This document shows positions 40,861-43,950 of a DNA stretch of 43,950 nucleotides, one piece after another. Under the pieces are notes generated by a model. The model was not told where the DNA came from. It searched no databases and was given only the letters and a program-made list of their open reading frames with translations. The DNA lies in assembly GCA_007118295.1 (NCBI GenBank), contig SKRW01000003.1, positions 1 to 43,950 on the forward strand, read 5' to 3'. Position numbers and translations under genes: made by a program. The stretch comes from Paracoccaceae bacterium (GTDB lineage Bacteria; Pseudomonadota; Alphaproteobacteria; Rhodobacterales; Rhodobacteraceae). Numbering within the stretch: position 1 is the stretch's first letter; each line of letters opens with the position of its first letter.

Positions 40861-42165
40861 ATGAGTTTGAAAAGAGCACTCTGTGCGGCAACGGCCATGA
40901 GTTTGATCTCGGCGGTTGGTGCATCAGCAGACACCCTCACGATTGCAACGGTGAACAACGGTGACATGATCCGCATGCAGTCGCTGAGCAGCGAGTTCAC
41001 CGAGGCAACCGGGATTGAACTGGAATGGGTCATTCTGGAAGAGAACATCCTGCGCCAGCGTGTGACTCAGGATATCGCGACCAGCGGTGGCCAGTTCGAC
41101 ATCATGACCATCGGCATGTATGAAACGCCCATCTGGGCAGAGCGCGGCTGGCTGGTATCGCTGGACGGGTTGCCCGATGACTATGACATCGATGACATCC
41201 TTCCGGCCATGCGTGCCGGGCTGTCCTATGACGACTCGCTTTATGCGGCACCATTCTATGGCGAAAGCTCGATGGTGATGTATCGCACCGATCTGATGGA
41301 AGCGGCTGGCATGGAAATGCCCGACGCGCCGACATGGGCTGATATCGAAGCCGCTGCCGCTACGATGACAGACCGTGACAACAATATCAACGGGATCTGC
41401 ATTCGTGGTCGCGCCGGATGGGGCGAGAACATGGCTTTCATCACCACGGTCGCCAACTCCTTTGGCGCGCGCTGGTTTGATGAAGACTGGAACGCCCAGC
41501 TTGACAGCCCGGAATGGCTGGAAGCCGTGACTTTCTACAATGATCTGCTGCAGAATTATGGTCCTCCAGGGGCGGCGAACAATGGTTTCAACGAAAACCT
41601 GACCCTGTTTCAGCAGGGCCGCTGTGGCATGTGGATCGATGCGACCGTCGCCGCGAGCTTCGTGACCAACCCCAGTGATTCCACTGTGGCTGATCATGTC
41701 GGCTTCGCGCTTGCCCCCAACAAGGATGGCATGGAAAAACGCGCCAACTGGCTCTGGGCATGGGCGTTGGCAATTCCTGCCGGGACCCAGCAGGAATCCG
41801 CCGCGATGGAGTTCATCAACTGGGCGACATCCAAGGACTATCTGGAGCTTGTAGCCGAACGTGAAGGCTGGGCGAACGTGCCTCCGGGCAGCCGCACCTC
41901 ACTTTATGAGAACCCGTCCTATGCCGAGGTGCCCTTTGCCGAAATGACGCTGCAATCGATCAACGCAGCCGATCCGAACAACCCCACGGTTGACCCTGTT
42001 CCGTATGTTGGCATCCAGTATGTCGCTATCCCCGAATGGGCCGGTATCGGAACTTCGGCGGGGCAAGAGTTCTCTGCGATGGTCGCTGGCCAGCAAACCC
42101 CTGAACAGGCCTTGGCCCGTGCACAGGCACTTGTGACGGATGAAATGGAAGCAGCAGGCTACTAA
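40861..42165 (+). CDS. smoE: Sorbitol/mannitol ABC transporter substrate-binding protein
   Basis: TIATVNNGDMIRMQ, LEENILRQRVTQDIAT, APFYGESS and WLWAWALAIP. Confidence 0.9.
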   Translation: MSLKRALCAATAMSLISAVGASADTLTIATVNNGDMIRMQSLSSEFTEATGIELEWVILEENILRQRVTQDIATSGGQFDIMTIGMYETPIWAERGWLVSLDGLPDDYDIDDILPAMRAGLSYDDSLYAAPFYGESSMVMYRTDLMEAAGMEMPDAPTWADIEAAAATMTDRDNNINGICIRGRAGWGENMAFITTVANSFGARWFDEDWNAQLDSPEWLEAVTFYNDLLQNYGPPGAANNGFNENLTLFQQGRCGMWIDATVAASFVTNPSDSTVADHVGFALAPNKDGMEKRANWLWAWALAIPAGTQQESAAMEFINWATSKDYLELVAEREGWANVPPGSRTSLYENPSYAEVPFAEMTLQSINAADPNNPTVDPVPYVGIQYVAIPEWAGIGTSAGQEFSAMVAGQQTPEQALARAQALVTDEMEAAGY

Positions 42166-42184
42166 GCCTCTTGCCCTCGCGTTT

Positions 42185-42207
42185 CGGGGCGGGCCCTGCC
42201 CGCCCCG
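42185..42207 (+). repeat. GC-rich intercistronic hairpin after smoE
   Basis: CGGGGCGGGC-CCT-GCCCGCCCCG. Confidence 0.6.
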
Positions 42208-42253
42208 TTCTACCCGATCCGTCTGACCCCTTCCTTGGTGAAAGGACAGTGCC

Positions 42254-43120
42254 ATGGCCACGAAGGCTTCGCGCAGTGCTGCCCGGCTGATGCTGGCACC
42301 CGCTGTCATCCTGCTGCTTGGCTGGATGCTTGTGCCGCTGACGATGACGCTGATCTTTTCCTTCCAGCGCTACCTGCCCATGCGCGGCGGGTTTCAGGGC
42401 TGGATCGGCTTCGAGAACTATGTCCGCTTTGTCACGTCCAGCGCATTCTGGCCCGCTGTGCAGGCAACGCTGATCATTGTGGGCGGCGTGCTGCTTATCA
42501 CGGTAATCCTGGGCATCTTGCTGGCGGTTCTGCTGGATCAACCGATGTGGGGACAGGGGATTGTCCGCATACTGGTCATTGCACCGTTTTTCGTGATGCC
42601 GACCGTGTCGGGGCTGGTCTGGAAAAACATGTTCATGGACCCGAATAATGGACTTTTGTCGCATCTGTGGCGGTCCTTTGGCGCAGATCCGATTATCTGG
42701 CTGTCGGATGCGTCGATGGCGTCGATCATCCTGATCGTATCCTGGCAATGGCTGCCCTTTGCCACACTGATCCTGCTGACAGCGATCCAGTCGCTTGACA
42801 GTGAACAGATCGAAGCCGCCGAGATGGACGGGGCCTCTGCCTTGTCGCGCTTCTGGCATATCGTCCTGCCGCATCTGGCCCGCGCCATCACAATCGTGAT
42901 CCTGATACAGACGATCTTTGTACTGGCCATCTTCGCCGAGATTTTCGTGACCACACAAGGCTCGTTCGGGACACGCACGCTGACCTATCTGATCTATCAG
43001 CGCGTGCTGGAAAGTCAGAATGTGGGGCTCGGCTCTGCCGGGGGGATATATGCGGTCATTCTGGCCAACATCTTTGCGCTGTTCCTGATGCGCATCGTTG
43101 GCAAGAATCTGGATCGTTGA
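42254..43120 (+). CDS. smoF: Sorbitol/mannitol ABC permease
   Basis: APFFVMPTVS, WQWLPFATLILLTAIQSLD and EAAEMDGA. Confidence 0.9.
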   Translation: MATKASRSAARLMLAPAVILLLGWMLVPLTMTLIFSFQRYLPMRGGFQGWIGFENYVRFVTSSAFWPAVQATLIIVGGVLLITVILGILLAVLLDQPMWGQGIVRILVIAPFFVMPTVSGLVWKNMFMDPNNGLLSHLWRSFGADPIIWLSDASMASIILIVSWQWLPFATLILLTAIQSLDSEQIEAAEMDGASALSRFWHIVLPHLARAITIVILIQTIFVLAIFAEIFVTTQGSFGTRTLTYLIYQRVLESQNVGLGSAGGIYAVILANIFALFLMRIVGKNLDR

Positions 43121-43130
43121 GGAGGACATC

Positions 43131-43950
43131 ATGGCCCGCGCCGTCACAACACAACGCAAGGCACTGAACACCGCCCTCGCATGGGGGATTGGCCTGCTGA
43201 TCTTCTTTCCGATCCTCTGGACGATCCTGACCAGCTTCAAGACCGAAGCGCAGGCGATATCAGATCCGCCAGTGTGGTTTTTCTTCGACTGGACGCTGGA
43301 GAATTATCGCGTCGTGCAGGAACGCTCAAACTACAGCCGGTTCCTGTGGAATTCGGTCATCATCGCAGGTGGGTCCACCATCCTTGGCATGATCGTCGCC
43401 ATTCCCGCGGCCTGGTCCATGGCCTTCGTGCCCTCGACCCAGACCAAGAACATCCTGTTGTGGATGCTATCCACCAAGATGTTGCCCGCTGTGGGCGTTC
43501 TCTATCCAATCTACCTGATCTTCATCCAGCTTGGCTTGCTGGATTCGCGTTTCGGGCTGACCATCGTGCTGATGCTGATCAACCTGCCGATCATGGTCTG
43601 GATGCTCTATACCTATTTCAAGGAAATCCCCGGCGAAATCCTTGAAGCCGCGCGTATGGACGGCGCAGGATTGCGGCAGGAAATTCTGTATGTGCTGACG
43701 CCGATGGCTATTCCGGGCATCGCCTCGACAATGCTCCTCAACGTCATCCTCGCGTGGAACGAGGCGTTCTGGACGCTGAACCTGACCGCGGCGCGCGCGG
43801 CACCGCTGACCGCTTTCATCGCCAGTTATTCCAGCCCGGAAGGACTGTTCTACGCAAAGCTGTCCGCTGCCTCGACCATGGCGATCGCGCCAATCCTGAT
43901 CATCGGCTGGTTCAGCCAGAAACAACTGGTACGCGGCCTGACCTTTGGCG
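43131..43950 (+). CDS. smoG: Sorbitol/mannitol ABC permease (3' end cut by the window edge)
   Basis: GGAGG RBS and ATG 43131; translates MARAVTTQRK..TSFKTE..WMLSTKMLP..EAARMDGA..QKQLVRGLTFG; no stop in the window. Confidence 0.9.
   Translation, partial: MARAVTTQRKALNTALAWGIGLLIFFPILWTILTSFKTEAQAISDPPVWFFFDWTLENYRVVQERSNYSRFLWNSVIIAGGSTILGMIVAIPAAWSMAFVPSTQTKNILLWMLSTKMLPAVGVLYPIYLIFIQLGLLDSRFGLTIVLMLINLPIMVWMLYTYFKEIPGEILEAARMDGAGLRQEILYVLTPMAIPGIASTMLLNVILAWNEAFWTLNLTAARAAPLTAFIASYSSPEGLFYAKLSAASTMAIAPILIIGWFSQKQLVRGLTFG

Overview
GC-rich alphaproteobacterial DNA, most likely Rhodobacterales (GTA head-spike genes, hemP with an Iron-Rhodo-like box, smo and hps/suy genes). The window is a row of accessory metabolic modules. 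(1) A DeoR-regulated Ugp-like ABC importer with a metallophosphoesterase. (2) A NikR-controlled nickel ECF importer (nikMQO) with two extra exported proteins and a perfect NikR operator. (3) An orphan PhoR-like kinase, a dif-like XerCD site and hemP. (4) urtABCDE urea uptake. (5) A ~15 kb C3-sulfonate catabolic cluster: hpsN, hpsO- and hpsP-like dehydrogenases, comC, suyAB, two sulfur-oxyanion exporters, two regulators and a TauABC-type ABC importer, with an unexpected DegT-family PLP aminotransferase coupled between hpsN and hpsO. (6) A three-gene module resembling the gene-transfer-agent head spike. (7) gapdh-arsJ arsenate detoxification. (8) An MFS transporter and a LacI-regulated smoEFG polyol ABC importer that runs off the right end. 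The best candidate for an undescribed system is an aminosulfonate (cysteinolate/cysteate-type) route feeding the DHPS/sulfolactate pathway. All family assignments come from motif recognition by eye; no database searches were run.
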